From a bacterium (GTDB lineage Bacteria > Methylomirabilota > Methylomirabilia > CAVQYV01), in contig JAZDMQ010000150.1 of the NCBI GenBank assembly GCA_043800755.1, forward strand, positions 1 through 12,325: DNA of 12,325 bases, written 5' to 3'. Under the pieces are notes generated by a model. It made no database searches and was not told where the DNA came from. It saw only the letters and a program-made list of their open reading frames with translations. The translations under genes and the position numbers were made by a program. Below are positions 1 to 7,969 of this stretch, piece after piece (positions within the stretch are counted from its first letter, which is position 1; each line of letters starts with the position of its first letter).

Positions 1-147
1 GGTGTTTTTTGTCGCAGCAGTAAAGACCGCTCAGAAGAGTCCCCTGGACTTGCGGCCTTTTTGTTCCCAAAAGCCCTGATAGCTTCGGCGGGCAATCCCC
101 GTCATCACCGGAAGCCATTTCCGGAAATCGTAAAGGAGAGAGTACAG

Positions 148-348
148 ATGGCACAAGGTAAGGTGAAGTGGTTCAATGATGCCAAGGGGTTTGGGTTCAT
201 TGAACAGGAGGATGGCACCGACGTTTTCGTTCATTTTTCCGCTATCCGTGGCGAGGGCTTCAAGTCTTTACGCGAGGGCGATGCGGTCAGCTTTGAAGTG
301 GTTGACAGCCCCAAAGGCCCCAAGGCGGAAAATGTAGAAAAATTGTAG
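148..348 (+). CDS. cspA: Cold-shock protein (CSD family), 66 aa
   Basis: [18 protein letters not shown]...DVFVHFSAI...GFKSL.EG..V.F (RNP1/RNP2 motifs). SD AAGGAG at 133-138 precedes ATG 148; the ORF-track start at 61 is over-extended. Confidence 0.97.
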   Translation: MAQGKVKWFNDAKGFGFIEQEDGTDVFVHFSAIRGEGFKSLREGDAVSFEVVDSPKGPKAENVEKL

Positions 349-369
349 CCTTCACTAGACCGAAAAATG

Positions 370-398
370 AAAACCGGCGGGCGACCGCCGGTTTTTTT
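370..398 (+). terminator. Intrinsic terminator after cspA, possibly bidirectional
   Basis: AAAACCGGCGG (370-380), GCGA tetraloop, CCGCCGGTTTT (385-395), running into a T7 tract; A-tract on the upstream side. Confidence 0.92.
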
Positions 399-448
399 AT
401 TTAAGGCGCAGAGGGTGTTCCCATGTCTGTTTACAACATGACCTTCCC

Positions 449-473
449 GGCGATTTGCCTGGGCGATTTGCCT
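449..473. repeat. 12-bp perfect direct repeat GGCGATTTGCCT x2
   Basis: Copies at 449-460 and 462-473; the last base is shared with the putative -35. Confidence 0.85.
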
Positions 474-501
474 TGACCGAATGGGCAAAATGGAGTAATT
501 T
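473..501 (+). promoter_or_regulatory. Putative sigma70 promoter for the pdxA cluster
   Basis: TTGACC (473-478), 17-bp spacer, TAATTT (496-501), then AT-rich DNA about 50 nt upstream of ATG 551. Confidence 0.55.
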
Positions 502-550
502 ATTTCATAAAAAACCGGGCATTTAATTCTTCAAAAAGGAGAAATATCGC

Positions 551-1588
551 ATGAAAGATGGAAAGCCCATTATCGGAATTACCATGGGAGATGTGACGGG
601 AATCGGGCCCGAGATCGCCGCCAAGGCATTGGCGGATCCCGAGACCTACCAGATGTGCAACCCCTTGGTGGTGGGGGATGCTCAGGCGATGAAGCAGGCG
701 ATTGAGCAGATCGCCAAGGTGAATCTCAAGCTGCATCCCATCAAGTCCGTGTCCGAGGCCAAGTTCGAATTGGGAACTGCGGATGTCTTGGATCTGGATA
801 ATATTGATATGAGGGGGTTCGTCCACGGCAAGGTGAACGCCATGGCGGGAAAGGCCTCCGTGGAGTATATCCAGAAGGCAGTGGCGCTGGCGATGGCGAA
901 GGAGATCGACGCGGTGGTGACCGGTCCCATCCATAAGGAGGCGATCAACGCCGGTGGGTACCACTATGCCGGGCACACCGAGATCCTGGCCGACCTCACC
1001 AAGACCAAGGATTACTCGATGCTCCTGGTGGATCAGGATTTCAGGGTGGCCCATGTCACCACCCATTGCTCGATGCGCGAGGCCTGCGATCGTGTCCGAA
1101 AGCCGAGGGTCCTGACCGTCATCAAACTCTTCAACATAACCCTGAAGCGCATGGGGATCGTGGAGCCCAGGCTGGCGGTCGCGGGGTTGAACCCCCACTC
1201 CGGCGAGGGGGGAATGTTCGGCCGGGAGGAGATCGAGGAGATCAGCCCAGCCATTGCCGAGGCGAAGGCCATGGGGATCAAGGTGGACGGACCCGTTCCC
1301 CCGGATACGGTCTTTGCCAAGCTGAAGGGGAAGCAATACGATGGCGTGGTGGCCATGTATCACGACCAGGGCCACATCCCGACCAAGGTCTTGGGATTCG
1401 ATTTGGATGTGAAGACGATGACCTATACCGCAGTGGCCGGAGTCAATATCACCATGGGCCTTCCCATCATCCGCACCTCGGTGGATCATGGGACCGCCTA
1501 CGGGAAGGCAGGAAAGGGCCGGGCCAATCCCCAGAGCCTCATGGATGCCATGAGACTGGCCACTGTGCTGGTGAAGAACCCAGCATAA
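551..1588 (+). CDS. pdxA: 4-hydroxythreonine-4-phosphate dehydrogenase family protein (likely PdxA2 / phospho-sugar-acid dehydrogenase type)
   Basis: GITMGD..GIGPEI, GHTEILA, GLNPHSGEGGMFGREE, GPVPPDTVF, AMYHDQGHIP, GLPIIRTSVDHGTAY. SD AAGGAG at 536-541. Confidence 0.95.
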   Translation: MKDGKPIIGITMGDVTGIGPEIAAKALADPETYQMCNPLVVGDAQAMKQAIEQIAKVNLKLHPIKSVSEAKFELGTADVLDLDNIDMRGFVHGKVNAMAGKASVEYIQKAVALAMAKEIDAVVTGPIHKEAINAGGYHYAGHTEILADLTKTKDYSMLLVDQDFRVAHVTTHCSMREACDRVRKPRVLTVIKLFNITLKRMGIVEPRLAVAGLNPHSGEGGMFGREEIEEISPAIAEAKAMGIKVDGPVPPDTVFAKLKGKQYDGVVAMYHDQGHIPTKVLGFDLDVKTMTYTAVAGVNITMGLPIIRTSVDHGTAYGKAGKGRANPQSLMDAMRLATVLVKNPA

Positions 1589-1644
1589 AGAGTATGGAAA
1601 TATTTGAAGGAGGCCTCTTCGCAGATGCCTCCTCGGGATCTGCC

Positions 1645-2637
1645 ATGGCCTCCGTAGGAATTATTGCTAATCCGGCGGCGGGTAAGGATATCCGCCGCCT
1701 GGTCGCTTTTGGGTCTGCAACCGACAACCATGAAAAGGTGAGCGTCGTCTCCCGCATCCTTCTCGGATTGGACGCGATGGGAGTGGAGCGGGTGTGGCTC
1801 ATGCCGGATACCTTTCCCATTGGACTGCGGGCCTATGAGGCACTGAAGGCGCGCCTCAAGCTTCAGGTTTTGATCTTAGATATGCCCATGGAGGGCACGG
1901 CCGAGGATTCGGAGCTGGCCGCCTCCCTCATGGCCAAAGCGGGCGCCTCCTGCATCATCACCCTGGGCGGAGACGGGACGAATCGGGCCGTGGCCAAGGG
2001 CTGCGGCAAGGTTCCCTTGGTTCCTATCTCTACCGGCACCAATAATGTCTTTCCCCGCTTCATTGAGGGGACCACCGCCGGGCTGGCCGCAGGGGTTGCC
2101 GCCACCAATGGCACCCGAATCGGGGATTTTGCCGTCCCCACCCCAAGGCTCTTGGTGAGAAGGGCGGGGGAGGTGGTGGACCTGGCCCTCATCGATGTGG
2201 TGGTCACCGATGACCTCTTCCCGGGCACCAAGGCAGTCTGGGAGGTCTCCCACATCAAGGAGATCTTTTCCTCCCGGGGAAGGCCGAGCAGCGTCGGCCT
2301 CTCCTCGATCGTCGGTTGCTTCCGGCCTTTGAATCCGGAGCAGGGGGAAGGTCTGCACCTTCTCGTGGGGGGAAAAGATCACAAGGTCCTGGCCCCCATT
2401 GCCCCCGGCCTGATCGAGTCGGTTCCCATCCGCCGTGCTCGTCCCCTGCGGATAGGGGAGCCGGTGAAGGTCTCCCATTATCCCTGCACCCTGGCCCTGG
2501 ATGGGGAGAGGGAGATTTTTGCTAACCGGGGCCAAGACTTCACGGTGGAGCTCTCGCCCGATGGCCCGTTGGTCTTGGATCACGAACGGATCCTGGAATA
2601 CGCGGCCCAAAAGGGCCTTTTTCAGGTGAAAGGATGA
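1645..2637 (+). CDS. acoX: ATP-NAD kinase family / acetoin catabolism protein X (AcoX)-like
   Basis: N-terminal VGIIANPAAGKDIRRLVA, LGGDGTNR (NAD-kinase GGDGT motif), PISTGTNNVFP, ALDGERE. Start is ATG 1645 or in-frame ATG 1594; the 1066 start is a shadow of pdxA. Confidence 0.82.
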   Translation: MASVGIIANPAAGKDIRRLVAFGSATDNHEKVSVVSRILLGLDAMGVERVWLMPDTFPIGLRAYEALKARLKLQVLILDMPMEGTAEDSELAASLMAKAGASCIITLGGDGTNRAVAKGCGKVPLVPISTGTNNVFPRFIEGTTAGLAAGVAATNGTRIGDFAVPTPRLLVRRAGEVVDLALIDVVVTDDLFPGTKAVWEVSHIKEIFSSRGRPSSVGLSSIVGCFRPLNPEQGEGLHLLVGGKDHKVLAPIAPGLIESVPIRRARPLRIGEPVKVSHYPCTLALDGEREIFANRGQDFTVELSPDGPLVLDHERILEYAAQKGLFQVKG

Positions 2638-3374
2638 GCCAGGCCCAAAAGATTCTGTGGGTGGCTGACCTGGGCCTGCATCCCTATGGCGAGATCTGGT
2701 CCCTGCAACAAGACCTGGTGCGCCTGCGCCAGGCAGGCTCGGTCCCGGACCTTTTGCTGCTGCTGGAGCACGAGCCGGTGCTCACCTTGGGCAAAGGCGG
2801 GCGGGCGGAACACATCCTGATCGCCCCTGAAGAGCTCGTCCGAAGGGGAGTCGACTTCCGGCGGGTGGATCGAGGTGGGGATATCACCTTCCATGGTCCC
2901 GGGCAGGTCGTCGCCTACCCGATCTTAGACCTTACGCAGCAGGGAAGGGATGTCCACCTCTACTGCCGGGGACTGGAAGAGGTGGGGCTGCGGATCCTCT
3001 CTGATTATGGATTGAGTGGCCAGAGGGTGAAGGGACTCACCGGGGTCTGGGTGAGAGAGGAAAAGGTCATGGCGATTGGGGTGGGGGTGCGTCGGTGGGT
3101 CAGCTTCCACGGGATGGCCTTCAATGTGAACACCAACCTGGATTATTTTCGCCTCATCCACCCCTGTGGGATTAAGGATCGCGGCGTCACCTCGTTGGCC
3201 CGCCTACTAAACAGGGAGATCCCCCTGGACGAGGTGAAAGAGAGACTGCTCCACCATTTCTCCTCCGTTTTCAGGGCCAAAATCCAGAGGATTTGCGAGA
3301 CAGAGATCATTGAGGTTGCCCATGGCGAGAGGCAAGAGGCCGCCCTGGCTGGTGCAAAGGGCCCCCCGGCCTGA
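2634..3374 (+). CDS. lipB: Lipoyl(octanoyl) transferase
   Basis: LLLEHEPVLTLG, DRGGDITFHGPGQVVAYPI, KVMAIGV...HGMAFNV, IHPCGI. ATGA overlap with the upstream stop. Confidence 0.96.
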   Translation: MSQAQKILWVADLGLHPYGEIWSLQQDLVRLRQAGSVPDLLLLLEHEPVLTLGKGGRAEHILIAPEELVRRGVDFRRVDRGGDITFHGPGQVVAYPILDLTQQGRDVHLYCRGLEEVGLRILSDYGLSGQRVKGLTGVWVREEKVMAIGVGVRRWVSFHGMAFNVNTNLDYFRLIHPCGIKDRGVTSLARLLNREIPLDEVKERLLHHFSSVFRAKIQRICETEIIEVAHGERQEAALAGAKGPPA

Positions 3375-4200
3375 AGATCTTTCAGCAATGGCGACACTGC
3401 TCCAGGGGCACCGCCTGCACACCGTGTGCGAGGGGGCCCGCTGTCCCAACCAAGGGGAGTGTTTTGCCCACGGGGCTGCCACCTTCATGATCTTAGGAAA
3501 GGTGTGTACCCGAGATTGTGGTTTCTGCTCCGTCACCCCCGGAGTTCCTGTATCCCTCGATCCGGGGGAGCCCCTGCGGGTGGCTCATGCGGCCCAAGAC
3601 CTGAGGTTGCGCCATGTGGTCGTCACCTCGGTCACGCGCGATGACCTGCCGGACGGAGGGGCCCAGCACTTCGCCGCCGCCATCGAGGCGATCCGTGCCC
3701 TCCTGCCGCAAGCCATTATCGAGGTTCTCATCCCCGATCTGCAGGGGAAGTTGGAGGCGTTACAGGCGATCCTCGATGCTAAGCCTCACATCCTGGGCCA
3801 CAACTTGGAGACCGTGCCTCGCCTCTATCCCTTGGTCCGGCCGCAGGCCGATTATGGGCGTTCCCTGCACCTGCTGGCCCTGGCAAAGGAAAGGGGAGAT
3901 GGGCCTTTCACCAAATCCGGGCTCATGTTGGGCCTGGGAGAGTCACTGAGGGAGGTAGAAGAGGTCCTGGAGGATCTGCGCAAGGTATCCTGCGACCTCC
4001 TTTCCCTGGGCCAATACCTCCAGCCCACCCCCCGCCAGATCCCGGTGCAGGCCTTCGTTCCCCCTTCTCTCTTCTTTGAACTCAAAGAGAAGGGAGAGGA
4101 GCTCGGCTTTGCCTCCGTGACCTCCGCCCCCTTTGTGCGCAGCTCCTATCACAGCGAAGAGGCCTATCAGCAACTTCAGGAGGTTCTCCATCACCCATAA
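3322..4200 (+). CDS. lipA: Lipoyl synthase (radical SAM)
   Basis: CEGARCPNQGEC (CX4CX5C), CTRDCGFC (CX3CX2C), VTSVTRDDLPDGGA, HNLETVPRL, RSSY. SD GAGGT at 3312-3316 precedes ATG 3322; overlaps lipB by 53 nt. Confidence 0.96.
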   Translation: MARGKRPPWLVQRAPRPEDLSAMATLLQGHRLHTVCEGARCPNQGECFAHGAATFMILGKVCTRDCGFCSVTPGVPVSLDPGEPLRVAHAAQDLRLRHVVVTSVTRDDLPDGGAQHFAAAIEAIRALLPQAIIEVLIPDLQGKLEALQAILDAKPHILGHNLETVPRLYPLVRPQADYGRSLHLLALAKERGDGPFTKSGLMLGLGESLREVEEVLEDLRKVSCDLLSLGQYLQPTPRQIPVQAFVPPSLFFELKEKGEELGFASVTSAPFVRSSYHSEEAYQQLQEVLHHP

Positions 4201-4290
4201 ATCCAGAAGGAAATGAAGGGAGGTGGTTCGCAACGCTTTGCAGCCATTCGCAGGTCTTTTGCCCGTGGCGTCTCTCGCGAAGGAGGGTCT

Positions 4291-4773
4291 ATGAGCAAGG
4301 TCTTAACCTACGATTACAGCAAGTGCACGGCCTGTCGCGCCTGCGAGCTCGCCTGCTCCATGCACCACCAGGAGGAATTCAATCCCGCGCGCTCCCGTAT
4401 CCATACCATCATCTTTCCCGAGGAGGCGGTCTACATCCCCCTGGCCTGCACCCAGTGTGAGGATGCCTGGTGTGCCAAGTCCTGTCCGGCGGGTGCCATC
4501 ACCCACAACGATGACCTGGGCGTCTGGTGGGTAGATATCCAGAAGTGCGTCGGTTGTCGGATGTGCGAGATGGCCTGCCCCTTCGGGGATATTGCCGTCA
4601 ACCCCCGGACCGGGAAGGCGGAGAAATGCGACCTCTGCGGGGGAGAACCGGAGTGCGTCCTCTTCTGTGTACCAAAGGCGATCCAGTATCGGGAACCCGA
4701 AGGGGCATCCTTGAACAAGAAGAAGGCAGTCTCCGCCAAACTGAAGGGATCGCATAAGGAGGTGAGACTCTAA
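4291..4773 (+). CDS. Tetra-[4Fe-4S] ferredoxin, DmsB/CooF-like electron-transfer subunit (AorA-like)
   Basis: Four Cys groups: [59 protein letters not shown] at 4281-4286 precedes ATG 4291; TAATG coupling to AOR. Confidence 0.93.
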   Translation: MSKVLTYDYSKCTACRACELACSMHHQEEFNPARSRIHTIIFPEEAVYIPLACTQCEDAWCAKSCPAGAITHNDDLGVWWVDIQKCVGCRMCEMACPFGDIAVNPRTGKAEKCDLCGGEPECVLFCVPKAIQYREPEGASLNKKKAVSAKLKGSHKEVRL

Positions 4774-6575
4774 TGGCCGGCTGGATTGGGAAGGTACTGC
4801 GCGTCAATCTCTCTAAGAATACCTGGGCGGTGGAGGATCTGGACCCGGACCTGGCGAGGGAGTTCCTGGGTGGCCGGGGACTGGGCACCAAGATCCTGTT
4901 CGACGAGGTGGACCCCAAGGTGGATCCCCTGGGCCCGAAGAACAAGCTGATCATGATCACTGGCCCCCTGACCGGGACCTTTGCCCCGGCGGCGGGCCGA
5001 TATATGGTTGTTACCAAGTCCCCTCTCACCGGGGGGATTGCCTCCTCCAATTCCGGGGGGCACTTTGGCGCCGAGCTCAAATTCGCTGGCTACGATGCGA
5101 TCATCTTCGAGGGAAAGGCGGAGAAGCCCGTCTATCTCTGGATCTACAACGATAAAGTGGAGATCCGTCCGGCAGACCAACTCTGGGGCAAGACGACTCA
5201 CGAGACCGAGGATCTGATCCATCAGGAGACCGATCCCGATGCCAAGATCGCCGGTATTGGCCCGGCCGGAGAAAAGCTGGTTCGCTTTGCCGGCATCGTC
5301 AATGAGAAGGCGCGGGCGGCGGGGCGCTCCGGCGTTGGTGCCGTGATGGGCTCCAAGAACCTGAAGGCGGTAGCAGTGCGCGGCACCAGGGGCATCAAGG
5401 TGGCTCGGCCAGAAGAATTTCGCCGCGCCGCCCTCATGGCCCTGGAAAAGATCAAATCCTCTCCCACCACGGCCGTTGGCCTGCCCACCTATGGGACGGC
5501 CTCGCTGGTGAACGTGATCAATGCCCACGGGATATTCCCCACCCGCAATTTCCAGACCGGGGTCTTTCCCACAGCGGATAAGACCGGGGGAGAGACCATT
5601 CGGGCGACCATCGAGATCCGCAACAAAGCATGCTTTGCCTGCCCCATTGCCTGCGGTCCCGCCACGGAGATCAAGAATCCCAAGTTCAAGGGCTCCGGAG
5701 AAGGGCCCGAATATGAGACCACCTGGTCTATGGGCGCGTGCTGCGGCATCGACAACCTGGATGCGATTACCAAGGCCCATTACATCTGCAACGAGTTGGG
5801 GATGGACCCCATCTCCTTCGGGGTGACATTAGCCTGTGCGATGGAGATGTATGAAAAAGGTTATCTCTGCTTCAAGGAGACGGGAGCCGTCCTCAACTTC
5901 GGAAATGAGGATGCCCTGGTGGAGATGGCCACCAAGACCGGGCGGCGAGAGGGCTTTGGGGATATATTGGCAGAGGGGTCCATGCGAATGGCGGAGAAGT
6001 ATGGCCACCCCGAGCTCTCCATGGCCGTCAAGGGGCAGGAGTTTCCGGCCTATGATGGAAGAGGGGCGCAAGGGATGGGACTGCAGTATGCCACCTCTAA
6101 CCGCGGGGCCTGCCATGTTCGGGGCTACATGATCGCTCCGGAAATCCTGGGCACCCCGCAGAAGCTCGATCCTTTTGCTACCAAGGAAAAGGCGGGCTGG
6201 ACCATCGGGTTTCAGGATTCGACTGCGATGTTGGACAGCTGCGGAATCTGCCTGTTCAACACCTTCGCCATTGGGGCAGATGAGATCCATGCGCTCCTGG
6301 TGCCTGCTACCGGAATCGAATATACAAAAGAGAGCATGTTGAAGGCTGGAGAGCGCATCTGGAACCTGGAGCGCCTCTTCAATTTGAAAGCCGGGCTTTC
6401 AAGCAAAGATGATACCCTGCCCAAGCGACTCCTGGAGGAACCATTGCCGGAGGGGCCGGCCAAAGGGCAGGTAGTGAGGCTCTCGGAGATGCTCCCCGAA
6501 TATTACCAGCTTCGCGGTTGGGACGAAAACGGAGTTCCGACGAAAGAGAAAATGAAAGAGTTGAATTTGGCCTGA
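4773..6575 (+). CDS. aor: Tungsten-containing aldehyde:ferredoxin oxidoreductase, catalytic subunit
   Basis: 600 aa; [14 protein letters not shown]...[65 protein letters not shown]. Confidence 0.96.
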   Translation: MAGWIGKVLRVNLSKNTWAVEDLDPDLAREFLGGRGLGTKILFDEVDPKVDPLGPKNKLIMITGPLTGTFAPAAGRYMVVTKSPLTGGIASSNSGGHFGAELKFAGYDAIIFEGKAEKPVYLWIYNDKVEIRPADQLWGKTTHETEDLIHQETDPDAKIAGIGPAGEKLVRFAGIVNEKARAAGRSGVGAVMGSKNLKAVAVRGTRGIKVARPEEFRRAALMALEKIKSSPTTAVGLPTYGTASLVNVINAHGIFPTRNFQTGVFPTADKTGGETIRATIEIRNKACFACPIACGPATEIKNPKFKGSGEGPEYETTWSMGACCGIDNLDAITKAHYICNELGMDPISFGVTLACAMEMYEKGYLCFKETGAVLNFGNEDALVEMATKTGRREGFGDILAEGSMRMAEKYGHPELSMAVKGQEFPAYDGRGAQGMGLQYATSNRGACHVRGYMIAPEILGTPQKLDPFATKEKAGWTIGFQDSTAMLDSCGICLFNTFAIGADEIHALLVPATGIEYTKESMLKAGERIWNLERLFNLKAGLSSKDDTLPKRLLEEPLPEGPAKGQVVRLSEMLPEYYQLRGWDENGVPTKEKMKELNLA

Positions 6576-6581
6576 TTCGGT

Positions 6582-6618
6582 GACGAAGGGGGGTAGGAAA
6601 TCCCTATCCCCCTTCGTC
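6582..6618 (+). other. Strong intergenic stem-loop without a U-tract
   Basis: GACGAAGGGGGGTAGG (6582-6597) pairs with CCTATCCCCCTTCGTC (6603-6618): 16 bp with one G-U pair and a 5-nt loop. Confidence 0.85.
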
Positions 6619-6642
6619 CGCCCACCTCCCTGGAGAAAAGGA

Positions 6643-7245
6643 ATGGATGAGAAAAAGAAGGAACAATGCGTAAAGAAGGCCTATGAGTTGGGAACAGAAT
6701 ATGTGAAGACCTGGTGGGGATGCGCTCAGTCCACCTTTTGCGCCACCATTGGGGCCTTGCGGTCGGAAGGAATCGAGCTGATACCTCCTGAAATAGAAGA
6801 TCAGATCTTCCCCGGCCTGGTTGGTCTTTCCGGGGGCTGCGGAAATATGAATACCGGCTCCTGCGGGGCGATCACCGGAGCAAGCTTTGCTCTAAGCCTG
6901 GCGGCCAACGTTACCCGAGCGGACCAGCTGAAGGACAAAGACCACCGATGGATTGCCTTTGACGCGGTGGCGGAGACCATAGGCAAGAGGTTTGCGGAGA
7001 GCTACGGGGGTCTCCGGTGCAGGGACGTGACCTGGGCGCGATTCGGAAAACAATATGATTCCTGGAACCCCTCGGCCAAGGATCAGTTCGGCCAGGACGA
7101 GTTGGCCAGGGGTTGCGTCACCAACCCCAAGGACTACCCTTGCACGATCCCCCGAACGGCGGGGTGGGCCGTGGAGGCGATACTGGAGCTGCTGGAGAAT
7201 CCCAAGACCCTGGGACAGGTAAAAGAAGAGCACAAGCTATTATAA
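6643..7245 (+). CDS. C-GCAxxG-C-C family putative redox-active protein, paralog 1
   Basis: GCAQS, GLSGG.G...GSCGAITG, F...YGGLRCRD and a C-terminal Cys match the family pattern. ATG 6643 follows GGAGAAAAGG; the track's GTG 6580 lies at the hairpin. Confidence 0.8.
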   Translation: MDEKKKEQCVKKAYELGTEYVKTWWGCAQSTFCATIGALRSEGIELIPPEIEDQIFPGLVGLSGGCGNMNTGSCGAITGASFALSLAANVTRADQLKDKDHRWIAFDAVAETIGKRFAESYGGLRCRDVTWARFGKQYDSWNPSAKDQFGQDELARGCVTNPKDYPCTIPRTAGWAVEAILELLENPKTLGQVKEEHKLL

Positions 7246-7268
7246 CTTCATCATAAGGGGAACTACTC

Positions 7269-7889
7269 ATGGATCATGAGCAGAGGAGATGTTGCATCCA
7301 AAAGGCGAAGGAGCTGGGACCAGCCTACGAGAGGTCTTTGGTCGGCTGCGGTCACTGCTCTTTTGCCGCGGTTATAGATTCCTTGAAGTTGGAAGGGGTT
7401 CTCCTGATCCCGGAAGAGGCGGAGGAGAAGGCCTTCTCCGGCCTGGTGGGACTGACTGGCGGATTTGGAAACATGGGCATCGGCTCCTGCGGGGCCCTTA
7501 GTGGAGCCGCCTTTGCGCTCAGCCTGGCGACCGGCGTGACCAAAGAGGAGAATGCCCGGGACAAGACGAGCCGATGGCTGGCTTACCGCGATGTGAAGAA
7601 ATACATCGGCGATAAATTCGTAGAGAGGTGGGGGGCGCTGACCTGTAGAGAGATACAGATCAAGAATTTCGGGATCGCCCTCAACTCCCGCGTCCCAGAA
7701 AGGAACAAGGAGCTATTCAAGATAGCGAGCGAGAAGGGATGCGGGACGCCAGAGCAGTGCACCATTGCCTTGGCCGCCGGATGGGCCACCGAGGGGATTC
7801 TGGAGATAATAGACCGTACTGCAGCGGAAAGAGAGAGAATTAAAGCCGAGCTCACCAGCGAACGCTTTGCCCACAAGTTCTGGATTTGA
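7269..7889 (+). CDS. C-GCAxxG-C-C family putative redox-active protein, paralog 2
   Basis: GCGHCS, GLTGG.G...GSCGALSG, F...WGALTCRE, GCGTPEQC. Colinear with paralog 1; SD-like AAGGGG upstream. Confidence 0.8.
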   Translation: MDHEQRRCCIQKAKELGPAYERSLVGCGHCSFAAVIDSLKLEGVLLIPEEAEEKAFSGLVGLTGGFGNMGIGSCGALSGAAFALSLATGVTKEENARDKTSRWLAYRDVKKYIGDKFVERWGALTCREIQIKNFGIALNSRVPERNKELFKIASEKGCGTPEQCTIALAAGWATEGILEIIDRTAAERERIKAELTSERFAHKFWI

Positions 7890-7969
7890 CTGGATCTGAT
7901 TGCGACGGGAATGGCCATAAGAAGACGCTCGCTGGGCAGTCAAGTACGTCCAGGTCGAGGTAAAATCGC

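Noticed and set aside
1066..1593. N-terminal 176 aa of the 523-aa ORF overlapping pdxA in another frame
   Set aside because: Gly/Arg/Pro-rich shadow translation of GC-rich coding DNA; AcoX similarity starts only at about 1645.
3322..3374. lipB/lipA overlap as a frameshifted fusion
   Set aside because: lipA has its own SD and ATG, both proteins look complete, and no slippery site was seen.
4201..4290. Moco/Wco riboswitch or sigma54 promoter upstream of the AOR genes
   Set aside because: The region is only 90 nt, has no recognisable multi-stem motif, and has no TGGCAC-N5-TTGC-like element with correct spacing.
6573..6618. UGA plus hairpin after aor as a possible selenocysteine (SECIS) signal
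   Set aside because: AOR ends at a normal C-terminus, and read-through meets TAG after six codons.
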